From Eledone cirrhosa (Eukaryota): a stretch of 64,000 nucleotides of DNA. The stretch lies in the NCBI GenBank assembly GCA_964016885.1, contig OZ024742.1, forward strand, positions 370,202,001-370,266,000, written 5' to 3'. Position 1 is the stretch's first letter. Every line of letters begins with the position of its first letter. The notes beneath the pieces were generated by a model, which was given only the letters and a program-made list of their open reading frames with translations, had not been told where the DNA came from and made no database searches. Positions 11,301 to 28,445 of the stretch are shown piece after piece. The translations under genes and the position numbers were made by a program.

Positions 11301-14300
11301 CACCTCCTCCATATTATAACACTGACATAACCACCACCCCCTCCATATTATAACACTGACATAGCCACCACCACCTCCTCCATATTATAACACTGATATA
11401 ACCACCACCTCCTCCATATTATAACACTGACATAACCACCACCTCCTCCATATTATAACACTGACATAGCCACCACCACCTCCTCCATATTATAACACTG
11501 ACATAACCACCACCTCCTCCATATTATAACACTGACATAGCCACCACCACCTCCTCCATATTATAACACTGACACAGCCACCACCCCCTCCATATTATAA
11601 CACTGAGACAGCCACCACCCCCTCCATATTATAACACTGACATAGCCACCACCACCTCCATATTATAACACTAACATAACCACCACCTCCTCCATATTAT
11701 AACACTGACATAGCCACCACCACCTCCTCCATATTATAACACTGACATAACCACCACCTCCTCCATATTATAACACTGACATAGCCACCACCTCCTCCAT
11801 ATTATAACACTGACATAACCACCACCTCCTCCATATTATAACACTAACATAGCCAACACCTCCTCCATATTATAACACTGACAGAACCACCACCTCCTCC
11901 ATATTATAACACTGACATAGCCACCTCCTCCCTCTCCATATTATAACACTGACATAGCCACCACCACCTCCTCCATATTATAACACTGACATAACCACCA
12001 CCTCCTCCATATTATAACACTGACATAACCACCACCTCCTCCATATTATAACACTGACATAACCACCACCTCCTCCATATTATAACACTGACATAGCCAC
12101 CACCTCCTCCATATTATAACACTGACATAACCACCACCTCCTCCATATTATAACACTGACATAACCACCACCTCCTCCATATTATAACACTGACATAACC
12201 ACCACCCCCTCCATATTATAACACTGACATAGCCACCACCACCTCCTCCATATTATAACACTGACATAACCACCACCTCCTCCATATTATAACACTGACA
12301 TAGCCACCACCACCTCCTCCATATTATAACACTGACATAACCACCACCCCCTCCATATTATAACACTGACATAGCCACCACCACCTCCTCCATATTATAA
12401 CACTGACATAACCACCACCCCCTCCATATTATAACACTGACATAACCACCACCTCCTCTATATTATAACACTGACATAACCACCACCTCCTCCATATTAT
12501 AACACTGACATAACCACCAACCCCTCCATATTATAACACTGACATAGCCACCACCACCTCCTCCATATTATAACACTGACATAACCACCACCTCCTCCAT
12601 ATTATAACACTGACATAACCACCACCTCCTCCATATTATAACACTGACATAGCCACCACCACCTCCTCCATATTATAACACTGACATAACCACCACCTCC
12701 TCCATATTATAACACTGACATAACCACCACCACCTCCTCCATATTATAACACTGACATAACCACCACCCCCTCCATATTATAACACTGACATAGCCACCA
12801 CCACCTCCTCCATATTATAACACTGACACAGCCACCACCCCCTCCATATTATAACACTGAGACAGCCACCACCCCCTCCATATTATAACACTGACATAGC
12901 CACCACCACCTCCATATTATAACACTAACATAACCACCACCTCCTCCATATTATAACACTGACATAGCCACCACCACCTCCTCCATATTATAACACTGAC
13001 ATAACCACCACCTCCTCCATATTATAACACTGACATAGCCACCACCTCCTCCATATTATAACACTGACATAACCACCACCTCCTCCATATTATAACACTA
13101 ACATAGCCAACACCTCCTCCATATTATAACACTGACATAACCACCACCTCCTCCATATTATAACACTGACATAACCACCACCTCCTCCATATTATAACAC
13201 TGACATAGCCACCTCCTCCCTCTCCATATTATAACACTGACATAGCCACCACCACCTCCTCCATATTATAACACTGACATAACCACCACCTCCTCCATAT
13301 TATAACACTGACATAACCACCACCTCCTCCATATTATAACACTGACATAACCACCACCTCCTCCATATTATAACACTGACATAGCCACCACCTCCTCCAT
13401 ATTATAACACTGACATAACCACCACCTCCTCCATATTATAACACTGACATAACCACCACCTCCTCCATATTATAACACTGACATAACCACCACCCCCTCC
13501 ATATTATAACACTGACATAGCCACCACCACCTCCTCCATATTATAACACTGACATAACCACCACCTCCTCCATATTATAACACTGACATAGCCACCACCA
13601 CCTCCTCCATATTATAACACTGACATAACCACCACCCCCTCCATATTATAACACTGACATAGCCACCACCACCTCCTCCATATTATAACACTGACATAAC
13701 CACCACCCCCTCCATATTATAACACTGACATAACCACCACCTCCTCTATATTATAACACTGACATAACCACCACCTCCTCCATATTATAACACTGACATA
13801 ACCACCACCCCCTCCATATTATAACACTGACATAGCCACCACCACCTCCTCCATATTATAACACTGACATAACCACCACCTCCTCCATATTATAACACTG
13901 ACATAACCACCACCTCCTCCATATTATAACACTGACATAACCACCACCTCCTCCATATTATAACACTGACATAGCCACCACCACCTCCTCCATATTATAA
14001 CACTGACATAACCACCACCTCCTCCATATTATAACACTGACATAACCACCACCTCCTCCATATTATAACACTAACATAGCCACCACCTCCTCCATATTAT
14101 AACACTGACATAACCACCACCTCCTCCATATTATAACACTGACATAACCACCACCTCCTCCATATTATAACACTGACATAGCCACCTCCTCCCCCTCCAT
14201 ATTATAACACTGACATAGCCACCACCACCTCCTCCATATTATAACACTGACATAACCACCACCTCCTCCATATTATAACACTGACATAGCCACCACCACC

Positions 14301-17300
14301 TCCTCCATATTATAACACTGACATAACCACCACCTCCTCCATATTATAACACTGACATAGCCACCACCACCTCCTCCATATTATAACACTGACATAGCCA
14401 CCACCACCTCCTCCATATTATAACACTAACATAGCCACCACCTCCTCCATATTATAACACTAACATAGCCACCACCTCCTCCATATTATAACACTGACAT
14501 AACCACCACCTCCTCCATATTATAACACTGACATAGCCACCACCACCTCCTCCATATTATAACACTGACATAACCACCACCTCCTCCATATTATAACACT
14601 GACATAACCACCTCCTCCTCCATATTATAACACTGACATAGCCACCACCACCTCCTCCATATTATAACACTAACATAGCCACCACCTCCTCCATATTATA
14701 ACACTGACATAGCCACCACCTCCTCCATATTATAACACTGACATAACCACCACCTCCTCCATATTATAACACTGACATAACCACCACCTCCTCCATATTA
14801 TAACACTGACATAGCCACCACCACCTCCTCCATATTATAACACTGACATAACCACCACCTCCTCCATATTATAACACTGACATAACCACCACCTCCTCCA
14901 TATTATAACACTGACATAGCCACCACCTCCTCCATATTATAACACTGACATAGCCACCACCACCTCCTCCATATTATAACACTGACATAGCCACCACCTC
15001 CTCCATATTATAACACTGACATAGCCACCACCTCCTCCATATTATAACACTGACATAGCTACCACCACCTCCATATTATAACACTGACATAGCCACCACC
15101 TCCTCCATATTATAACACTGACATAGCCACCACCTCCTCCATATTATAACACTGACATAACCACCACCTCCTCCATATTATAACACTGACATAGCTACCA
15201 CCACCTCCATATTATAACACTGACATAGCCACCACCTCCTCCATATTATAACACTGACATAACCACCACCTCCTCCATATTATAACACTGACATAGCCAC
15301 CACCTCCTCCATATTATAACACTGACATAACCACCACCTCCTCCATATTATAACACTGACATAACCACCACCTCCTCCATATTATAACACTGACATAACC
15401 ACCACCCCCTCCATATTATAACACTGACATAACCACCACCTCCTCCATATTATAACACTGACATAGCCACCACCACCTCCTCCATATTATAACACTGACA
15501 TAACCACCACCTCCTCCATATTATAACACTGACATAGCCACCACCACCTCCTCCATATTATAACACTGACATAACCACCACCCCCTCCATATTATAACAC
15601 TGACATAGCCACCACCACCTCCTCCATATTATAACACTGACATAACCACCACCTCCTCCATATTATAACACTGACATAGCCACAGCCACCTCCTCCATAT
15701 TATAACACTGACATAACCACCACCCCCTCCATATTATAACACTGACATAGCCACCACCACCTCCTCCATATTATAACACTGACATAACCACCACCTCCTC
15801 TATATTATAACACTGACATAACCACCACCTCCTCCATATTATAACACTGACATAACCACCACCCCCTCCATATTATAACACTGACATAGCCACCACCACC
15901 TCCTCCATATTATAACACTGACATAACCACCACCTCCTCCATATTATAACACTGACATAACCACCACCTCCTCCATATTATAACACTGACATAGCCACCA
16001 CCACCTCCTCCATATTATAACACTGACATAACCACCACCTCCTCCATATTATAACACTGACATAACCACCACCTCCTCCATATTATAACACTAACATAGC
16101 CACCACCTCCTCCATATTATAACACTGACATAACCACCACCTCCTCCATATTATAACACTGACATAACCACCACCTCCTCCATATTATAACACTGACATA
16201 GCCACCTCCTCCCCCTCCATATTATAACACTGACATAGCCACCACCACCTCCTCCATATTATAACACTGACATAACCACCACCTCCTCCATATTATAACA
16301 CTGACATAACCACCACCTCCTCCATATTATAACACTAACATAGCCACCACCTCCTCCATATTATAACACTGACATAACCACCACCTCCTCCATATTATAA
16401 CACTGACATAACCACCACCTCCTCCATATTATAACACTGACACAGCCACCACCACCTCCTCCATATTATAACACTGACATAACCACCACCTCCTCCATAT
16501 TATAACACTGACATAGCCACCACCACCTCCTCCATATTATAACACTGACACAGCCACCACCCCCTCCATATTATAACACTGAGACAGCCACCACCCCCTC
16601 CATATTATAACACTGACATAGCCACCACCACCTCCATATTATAACACTAATATAACCACCACCTCCTCCATATTATAACACTGACATAGCCACCACCACC
16701 TCCTCCATATTATAACACTGACATAGCCACCACCTCCTCCATATTATAACACTGACATAGCCACCACCACCTCCTCCATATTATAACACTGACATAACCA
16801 CCACCTCCTCCATATTATAACACTGACATAACCACCACCTCCTCCATACTATAACACTAACATAGCCACCACCTCCTCCATATTATAACACTGACATAAC
16901 CACCACCTCCTCCATATTATAACACTGACATAACCACCACCTCCTCCATATTATAACACTGACATAGCCACCACCACCTCCTCCATATTATAACACTGAC
17001 ATAGCCACCACCTCCTCCATATTATAACACTGACATAGCCACCACCACCTCCTCCATATTATAACACTGACATAACCACCACCTCCTCCATATTATAACA
17101 CTGACATAGCCACCACCTCCTCCATATTATAACACTGACATAACCACCACCTCCTCCATATTATAACACTGACATAACCACCACCTCCTCCAAATTATAA
17201 CACTAACATAGCCACCACCTCCTCCATATTATAACACTGACATAACCACCACCTCCTCCATATTATAACACTGACATAGCCACCTCCTCCCCCTCCATAT

Positions 17301-19169
17301 TATAACACTGACATAGCCACCACCACCTCCTCCATATTATAACACTGACATAACCACCACCTCCTCCATATTATAACACTGACATAACCACCACCTCCTC
17401 CATATTATAACACTGACATAGCCTCCACCTCCCCCTCCATATTATAACACTGACACAGCCACCACCCCCTCCATATTATAACACTGACACAGCCACCACC
17501 CCCTCCATATTATAACACTGACATAGCCACCACCACCTCCATATTATAACACTAACATAACCACCACCTCCTCCATATTATAACACTGACATAGCCACCA
17601 CCACCTCCTCCATATTATAACACTGACATAACCACCACCTCCTCCATATTATAACACTGACATAACCACCACCTCCTCCATATTATAACACTGACATAGC
17701 TACCACCACCTCCTCCATATTATAACACTGACATAACCACCACCTCCTCCATATTATAACACTGACATAACCACCACCTCCTCCATATTATAACACTGAC
17801 ATAGCCACCACCACCTCCTCCATATTATAACACTGACATAACCACCACCTCCTCCATATTATAACACTGACATAACCACCACCTCCTCCATATTATAACA
17901 CTGACATAGCCACCACCTCCTCCATATTATAACACTGACATAACCACCACCTCCTCCATATTATAACACTGACATAACCACCACCTCCTCCATATTATAA
18001 CACTGACATAACCACCACCCCCTCCATATTATAACACTGACATAGCCACCACCACCTCCTCCATATTATAACACTGACATAACCACCACCTCCTCCATAT
18101 TATAACACTGACATAGCCACCACCACCTCCTCCATATTATAACACTGACATAACCACCACCCCCTCCATATTATAACACTGACATAGCCACCACCACCTC
18201 CTCCATATTATAACACTGACATAACCACCACCTCCTCTATATTATAACACTGACATAACCACCACCTCCTCCATATTATAACACTGACATAACCACCACC
18301 CCCTCCATATTATAACACTGACATAGCCACCACCACCTCCTCCATATTATAACACTGACATAACCACCACCTCCTCCATATTATAACACTGACATAACCA
18401 CCACCTCCTCCATATTATAACACTGACATAGCCACCACCACCTCCTCCATATTATAACACTGACATAACCACCACCTCCTCCATATTATAACACTGACAT
18501 AGCCACCACCACCTCCTCCATATTATAACACTGACACAGCCACCACCCCCTCCATATTATAACACTGAGACAGCCACCACCCCCTCCATATTATAACACT
18601 GACATAGCCACCACCACCTCCATATTATAACACTAACATAACCACCACCTCCTCCATATTATAACACTGACATAGCCACCACCACCTCCTCCATATTATA
18701 ACACTGACATAACCACCACCTCCTCCATATTATAACACTGACATAACCACCACCTCCTCCATATTATAACACTGACATAACCACCACCTCCTCCATATTA
18801 TAACACTGACATAACCACCACCTCCTCCATATTATAACACTAACATAGCCACCACCTCGTCCATATTATAACACTGACATAACCACCACCTCCTCCATAT
18901 TATAACACTGACATAACCACCACCTCCTCCATATTATAACACTGACATAACCACCACCTCCTCCATATTATAACACTGACATAACCACCACCTCCTCCAT
19001 ATTATAACACTGACATAGCCACCACCTCCTCCATATTATAACACTGACATAACCACCACCTCCTCCATATTATAACACTGACATAACCACCACCTCCTCC
19101 ATATTATAACACTGACATAACCACCACCCCCTCCATATTATAACACTGACATAGCCACCACCACCTCCT

Positions 19170-22100
19170 CCATATTATAACACTGACATAACCACCACCT
19201 CCTCCATATTATAACACTGACATAGCCACCACCACCTCCTCCATATTATAACACTGACATAACCACCACCCCCTCCATATTATAACACTGACATAGCCAC
19301 CACCACCTCCTCCATATTATAACACTGACATAACCACCACCCCCTCCATATTATAACACTGACATAACCACCACCTCCTCTATATTATAACACTGACATA
19401 ACCACCACCTCCTCCATATTATAACACTGACATAACCACCACCCCCTCCATATTATAACACTGACATAGCCACCACCACCTCCTCCATATTATAACACTG
19501 ACATAACCACCACCTCCTCCATATTATAACACTGACATAGCCACCTCCTCCCCCTCCATATTATAACACTGACATAGCCACCACCACCTCCTCCATATTA
19601 TAACACTGACATAACCACCACCTCCTCCATATTATAACACTGACATAACCACCACCTCCTCCATATTATAACACTAACATAGCCACCACCTCCTCCATAT
19701 TATAACACTGACATAGCCACCACCTCCTCCATATTATAACACTGACATAACCACCACCTCCTCCATATTATAACACTGACATAACCACCACCTCCTCCAT
19801 ATTATAACACTGACATAGCCACCACCACCTCCTCCATATTATAACACTGACATAACCACCACCTCCTCCATATTATAACACTGACATAGCCACCACCTTC
19901 CCCTCCATATTATAACAATGACATAGCCACCTCCTCCCCCTCCATATTATAACACTGACATAGCCACCACCACCACCTCCATATTATAACACTAACATAA
20001 CCACCACCTCCTCCATATTATAACACTGACATAGCCACCACCTCCTCCATATTATAACACTGACATAGCCACCACCACCTCCTCCATATTATAACACTGA
20101 CATAGCCACCACCTCCTCCATATTATAACACTGACATAGCCACCACCACCTCCTCCATATTATAACACTGACATAACCACCACCTCCTCCATATTATAAC
20201 ACTGACATAACCACCACCTCCTCCATATTATAACACTGACATAGCCACCACCTTCCCCCTCATATTATAACACTGACATAGCCACCACCTCCTCCATATT
20301 ATAACACTGACATAGCCACCACCACCTCCTCCATATTATAACACTGACATAGCCACCACCTCCTCCATATTATAACACTGACATAGCCACCACCTCCTCC
20401 ATATTATAACACTGACATAGCTACCACCACCTCCATATTATAACACTGACATAGCCACCACCTCCTCCATATTATAACACTGACATAACCACCACCTCCT
20501 CCATATTATAACACTGACATAGCCACCACCTCCTCCATATTATAACACTGACATAACCACCACCTCCTCAATATTATAACACTGACATAACCACCACCTC
20601 CTCCATATTATAACACTGACATAGCTACCACCACCTCCATATTATAACACTGACATAGCCACCACCCCCTCCATATTATAACACTGACATAGCCACCACC
20701 TCCTCCATATTATAACACTGACATAACCACCACCTCCTCCATATTATAACACTGACATAGCCACCACCACCTCCATATTATAACACTGACATAGCCACCA
20801 CCTCCTCCATATTATAACACTGACATAGCCACCACCTCCTCCATATTATAACACTGACATAACCACCACCTCCTCAATATTATAACACTGACATAACCAC
20901 CACCTCCTCCATATTATAACACTGACATAGCTACCACCACCTCCATATTATAACACTGACATAGCCACCACCTCCTCCATATTATAACACTGACATAACC
21001 ACCACCTCCTCCATATTATAACACTGACATAGCCACCACCTCCTCCATATTATAACACTGACATAACCACCACCTCCTCAATATTATAACACTGACATAA
21101 CCACCACCTCCTCCATATTATAACACTGACATAGCTACCACCACCTCCATATTATAACACTGACATAGCCACCACCTCCTCCATATTATAACACTGACAT
21201 AACCACCACCTCCTCCATATTATAACACTGACATAGCCACCACCTCCTCCATATTATAACACTGACATAACCACCACCTCCTCCATATTATAACACTGAC
21301 ATAACCACCACCTCCTCCATATTATAACACTGACATAACCACCACCCCCTCCATATTATAACACTGACATAGCCACCACCACCTCCTCCATATTATAACA
21401 CTGACATAACCACCACCTCCTCCATATTATAACACTGACATAGCCACCACCACCTCCTCCATATTATAACACTGACATAACCACCACCCCCTCCATATTA
21501 TAACACTGACATAGCCACCACCACCTCCTCCATATTATAACACTGACATAACCACCACCTCCTCCATATTATAACACTGACATAGCCACCACCACCTCCT
21601 CCATATTATAACACTGACATAACCACCACCCCCTCCATATTATAACACTGACATAGCCACCACCACCTCCTCCATATTATAACACTGACATAACCACCAC
21701 CTCCTCTATATTATAACACTGACATAACCACCACCTCCTCCATATTATAACACTGACATAACCACCACCCCCTCCATATTATAACACTGACATAGCCACC
21801 ACCACCTCCTCCATATTATAACACTGACATAACCACCACCTCCTCCATATTATAACACTGACATAACCACCACCTCCTCCATATTATAACACTGACATAG
21901 CCACCACCACCTCCTCCATATTATAACACTGACATAACCACCACCTCCTCCATATTATAACACTGACATAACCACCACCTCCTCCATATTATAACACTAA
22001 CATAGCCACCACCTCCTCCATATTATAACACTGACATAACCACCACCTCCTCCATATTATAACACTGACATAACCACCACCTCCTCCATATTATAACACT

Positions 22101-25100
22101 GACATAGCCACCTCCTCCCCCTCCATATTATAACACTGACATAGCCACCACCACCTCCTCCATATTATAACACTGACATAACCACCACCTCCTCCATATT
22201 ATAACACTGACATAACCACCACCTCCTCCATATTATAACACTAACATAGCCACCACCTCCTCCATATTATAACACTGACATAACCACCACCTCCTCCATA
22301 TTATAACACTGACATAACCACCACCTCCTCCATATTATAACACTGACATAACCACCACCTCCTCCATATTATAACACTGACATAACCACCACCTCCTCCA
22401 TATTATAACACTGACATAACCACCACCTCCTCCATATTATAACACTGACATAGCCACCACCACCTCCTCCATATTATAACACTGACATAACCACCACCCC
22501 CTCCATATTATAACACTGACATAGCCACCACCACCTCCTCCATATTATAACACTGACATAACCACCACCCCCTCCATATTATAACACTGACATAACCACC
22601 ACCTCCTCTATATTATAACACTGACATAACCACCACCTCCTCCATATTATAACACTGACATAACCACCACCCCCTCCATATTATAACACTGACATAGCCA
22701 CCACCACCTCCTCCATATTATAACACTGACATAACCACCACCTCCTCCATATTATAACACTGACATAGCCACCTCCTCCCCCTCCATATTATAACACTGA
22801 CATAGCCACCACCACCTCCTCCATATTATAACACTGACATAACCACCACCTCCTCCATATTATAACACTGACATAACCACCACCTCCTCCATATTATAAC
22901 ACTAACATAGCCACCACCTCCTCCATATTATAACACTGACATAGCCACCACCTCCTCCATATTATAACACTGACATAACCACCACCTCCTCCATATTATA
23001 ACACTGACATAACCACCACCTCCTCCATATTATAACACTGACATAGCCACCACCACCTCCTCCATATTATAACACTGACATAACCACCACCTCCTCCATA
23101 TTATAACACTGACATAGCCACCACCTTCCCCTCCATATTATAACAATGACATAGCCACCTCCTCCCCCTCCATATTATAACACTGACATAGCCACCACCA
23201 CCACCTCCATATTATAACACTAACATAACCACCACCTCCTCCATATTATAACACTGACATAGCCACCACCTCCTCCATATTATAACACTGACATAGCCAC
23301 CACCACCTCCTCCATATTATAACACTGACATAGCCACCACCTCCTCCATATTATAACACTGACATAGCCACCACCACCTCCTCCATATTATAACACTGAC
23401 ATAACCACCACCTCCTCCATATTATAACACTGACATAACCACCACCTCCTCCATATTATAACACTGACATAGCCACCACCTTCCCCTCCATATTATAACA
23501 CTGACATAGCCACCACCTCCTCCATATTATAACACTGACATAGCCACCACCACCTCCTCCATATTATAACACTGACATAGCCACCACCTCCTCCATATTA
23601 TAACACTGACATAGCCACCACCTCCTCCATATTATAACACTGACATAGCTACCACCACCTCCATATTATAACACTGACATAGCCACCACCTCCTCCATAT
23701 TATAACACTGACATAACCACCACCTCCTCCATATTATAACACTGACATAGCCACCACCTCCTCCATATTATAACACTGACATAACCACCACCTCCTCAAT
23801 ATTATAACACTGACATAACCACCACCTCCTCCATATTATAACACTGACATAGCTACCACCACCTCCATATTATAACACTGACATAGCCACCACCCCCTCC
23901 ATATTATAACACTGACATAGCCACCACCTCCTCCATATTATAACACTGACATAACCACCACCTCCTCCATATTATAACACTGACATAGCCACCACCACCT
24001 CCATATTATAACACTGACATAGCCACCACCTCCTCCATATTATAACACTGACATAGCCACCACCTCCTCCATATTATAACACTGACATAACCACCACCTC
24101 CTCAATATTATAACACTGACATAACCACCACCTCCTCCATATTATAACACTGACATAGCTACCACCACCTCCATATTATAACACTGACATAGCCACCACC
24201 TCCTCCATATTATAACACTGACATAACCACCACCTCCTCCATATTATAACACTGACATAGCCACCACCTCCTCCATATTATAACACTGACATAACCACCA
24301 CCTCCTCAATATTATAACACTGACATAACCACCACCTCCTCCATATTATAACACTGACATAGCTACCACCACCTCCATATTATAACACTGACATAGCCAC
24401 CACCTCCTCCATATTATAACACTGACATAACCACCACCTCCTCCATATTATAACACTGACATAGCCACCACCTCCTCCATATTATAACACTGACATAACC
24501 ACCACCTCCTCCATATTATAACACTGACATAACCACCACCTCCTCCATATTATAACACTGACATAACCACCACCCCCTCCATATTATAACACTGACATAG
24601 CCACCACCACCTCCTCCATATTATAACACTGACATAACCACCACCTCCTCCATATTATAACACTGACATAGCCACCACCACCTCCTCCATATTATAACAC
24701 TGACATAACCACCACCCCCTCCATATTATAACACTGACATAGCCACCACCACCTCCTCCATATTATAACACTGACATAACCACCACCTCCTCCATATTAT
24801 AACACTGACATAGCCACCACCACCTCCTCCATATTATAACACTGACATAACCACCACCCCCTCCATATTATAACACTGACATAGCCACCACCACCTCCTC
24901 CATATTATAACACTGACATAACCACCACCTCCTCTATATTATAACACTGACATAACCACCACCTCCTCCATATTATAACACTGACATAACCACCACCCCC
25001 TCCATATTATAACACTGACATAGCCACCACCACCTCCTCCATATTATAACACTGACATAACCACCACCTCCTCCATATTATAACACTGACATAACCACCA

Positions 25101-25690
25101 CCTCCTCCATATTATAACACTGACATAGCCACCACCACCTCCTCCATATTATAACACTGACATAACCACCACCTCCTCCATATTATAACACTGACATAAC
25201 CACCACCTCCTCCATATTATAACACTAACATAGCCACCACCTCCTCCATATTATAACACTGACATAACCACCACCTCCTCCATATTATAACACTGACATA
25301 ACCACCACCTCCTCCATATTATAACACTGACATAGCCACCTCCTCCCCCTCCATATTATAACACTGACATAGCCACCACCACCTCCTCCATATTATAACA
25401 CTGACATAACCACCACCTCCTCCATATTATAACACTGACATAACCACCACCTCCTCCATATTATAACACTAACATAGCCACCACCTCCTCCATATTATAA
25501 CACTGACATAACCACCACCTCCTCCATATTATAACACTGACATAACCACCACCTCCTCCATATTATAACACTGACATAACCACCACCTCCTCCATATTAT
25601 AACACTGACATAACCACCACCTCCTCCATATTATAACACTGACATAGCCACCACCACCTCCTCCATATTATAACACTGACATAACCACCA
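19170..25690. repeat. Higher-order tandem duplication, period 3228 bp
   Basis: Rare variants pair at an exact offset of 3228: AATG 19917/23145; CTCAAT 20570/23798 and 20876/24104; CTCTAT 19381/22609. Edges are approximate. Confidence 0.88.
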
Positions 25691-28445
25691 CCTCCTCCAT
25701 ATTATAACACTGACATAGCCACCACCTTCCTCTCCATATTATAACACTGACATAGCCACCTCCTCCCCCTCCATATTATAACACTGACATAGCCACCACC
25801 ACCACCTCCATATTATAACACTAACATAACCACCACCTCCTCCATATTATAACACTGACATAGCCACCACCTCCTCCATATTATAACACTGACATAGCCA
25901 CCACCACCTCCTCCATATTATAACACTGACATAACCACCACCTCCTCCATGTTATAACACTGACATAACCACCACCTCCTCCATATTATAACACTGACAT
26001 AACCACCACCTCCTCCATATTATAACACTGACATAGCCACCACCTCCTCCATATTATAACACTGACATAGCCACCACCACCTCCTCCATATTATAACACT
26101 GACATAGCCACCACCTCCTCCATATTATAACACTAACATAACCACCACCTCCTCCATATTATAACACTGACATAACCACCACCTCCTCCATATTATAACA
26201 CTGACATAACCACCACCTCCTCAATATTATAACACTGACATAACCACCACCTCCTCGATATTATAACACTGACATAGCCACCACCTCCTCCATATTATAA
26301 CACTGACATAACCACCACCTCCTCCATATTATAACACTGACATAGCCACCACCTCCTCCATATTATAACACTGACATAACCACCACCTCCTCCATATTAT
26401 AACACTGACATAACCACCACCTCCTCCATATTATAACACTGACATAACCACCACCCCCTCCATATTATAACACTGACATAGCCACCACCACCTCCTCCAT
26501 ATTATAACACTGACATAACCACCACCTCCTCCATATTATAACACTGACATAGCCACCACCACCTCCTCCATATTATAACACTGACATAACCACCACCCCC
26601 TCCATATTATAACACTGACATAGCCACCACCACCTCCTCCATATTATAACACTGACATAACCACCACCTCCTCTATATTATAACACTGACATAACCACCA
26701 CCTCCTCCATATTATAACACTGACATAACCACCACCCCCTCCATATTATAACACTGACATAGCCACCACCACCTCCTCCATATTATAACACTGACATAAC
26801 CACCACCTCCTCCATATTATAACACTGACATAACCACCACCTCCTCCATATTATAACACTGACATAGCCACCACCACCTCCTCCATATTATAACACTGAC
26901 ATAACCACCACCTCCTCCATATTATAACACTGACATAACCACCACCTCCTCCATATTATAACACTAACATAGCCACCACCTCCTCCATATTATAACACTG
27001 ACATAACCACCACCTCCTCCATATTATAACACTGACATAACCACCACCTCCTCCATATTATAACACTGACATAGCCACCTCCTCCCCCTCCATATTATAA
27101 CACTGACATAGCCACCACCACCACCTCCTCCATATTATAACACTGACATAACCACCACCTTCTCCATATTATAACACTGACATAACCACCACCTCCTCCA
27201 TATTATAACACTAACATAGCCACCACCTCCTCCATATTATAACACTGACATAGCCACCACCTCCTCCATATTATAACACTGACATAACCACCACCTCCTC
27301 CATATTATAACACTGACATAACCACCACCTCCTCCATATTATAACACTGACATAGCCACCACCACCTCCTCCATATTATAACACTGACATAACCACCACC
27401 TCCTCCATATTATAACACTGACATAGCCACCACCACCTCCTCCATATTATAACACTGACATAACCACCACCCCCTCCATATTATAACACTGACATAGCCA
27501 CCACCACCTCCTCCATATTATAACACTGACATAACCACCACCTCCTCTATATTATAACACTGAGATAACCACCACCTCCTCCATATTATAACACTGACAT
27601 AACCACCACCCCCTCCATATTATAACACTGACATAGCCACCACCACCTCCTCCATATTATAACACTGACATAACCACCACCTCCTCCATATTATAACACT
27701 GACATAACCACCACCTCCTCCATATTATAACACTAACATAGCCACCACCTCCTCCATATTATAACACTGACATAACCACCACCTCCTCCATATTATAACA
27801 CTGACATAACCACCACCTCCTCCATATTATAACACTGACATAACCACCACCTCCTCCATATTATAACACTGACATAACCACCACCTCCTCCATATTATAA
27901 CACTGACATAGCCACCACCACCTCCTCCATATTATAACACTGACATAACCACCACCTCCTCCATATTATAACACTGACATAACCACCACCTCCTCCATAT
28001 TATAACACTAACATAGCCACCACCTCCTCCATATTATAACACTGACATAACCACCACCTCCTCCATATTATAACACTGACATAACCACCACCTCCTCCAT
28101 ATTATAACACTGACATAACCACCACCTCCTCCATATTATAACACTGACATAGCCACCACCACCTCCTCCATATTATAACACTGACATAACCACCACCTCC
28201 TCCATATTATAACACTGACATAACCACCACCTCCTCCATATTATAACACTGACATAACCACCACCTCCTCCATATTATAACACTGACATAGCCACCTCCT
28301 CCCCCTCCATATTATAACACTGACATAGCCACCACCACCTCCTCCATATTATAACACTGACATAACCACCACCTCCTCCATATTATAACACTGACATAAC
28401 CACCACCTCCTCCATATTATAACACTAACATAGCCACCACCACCT

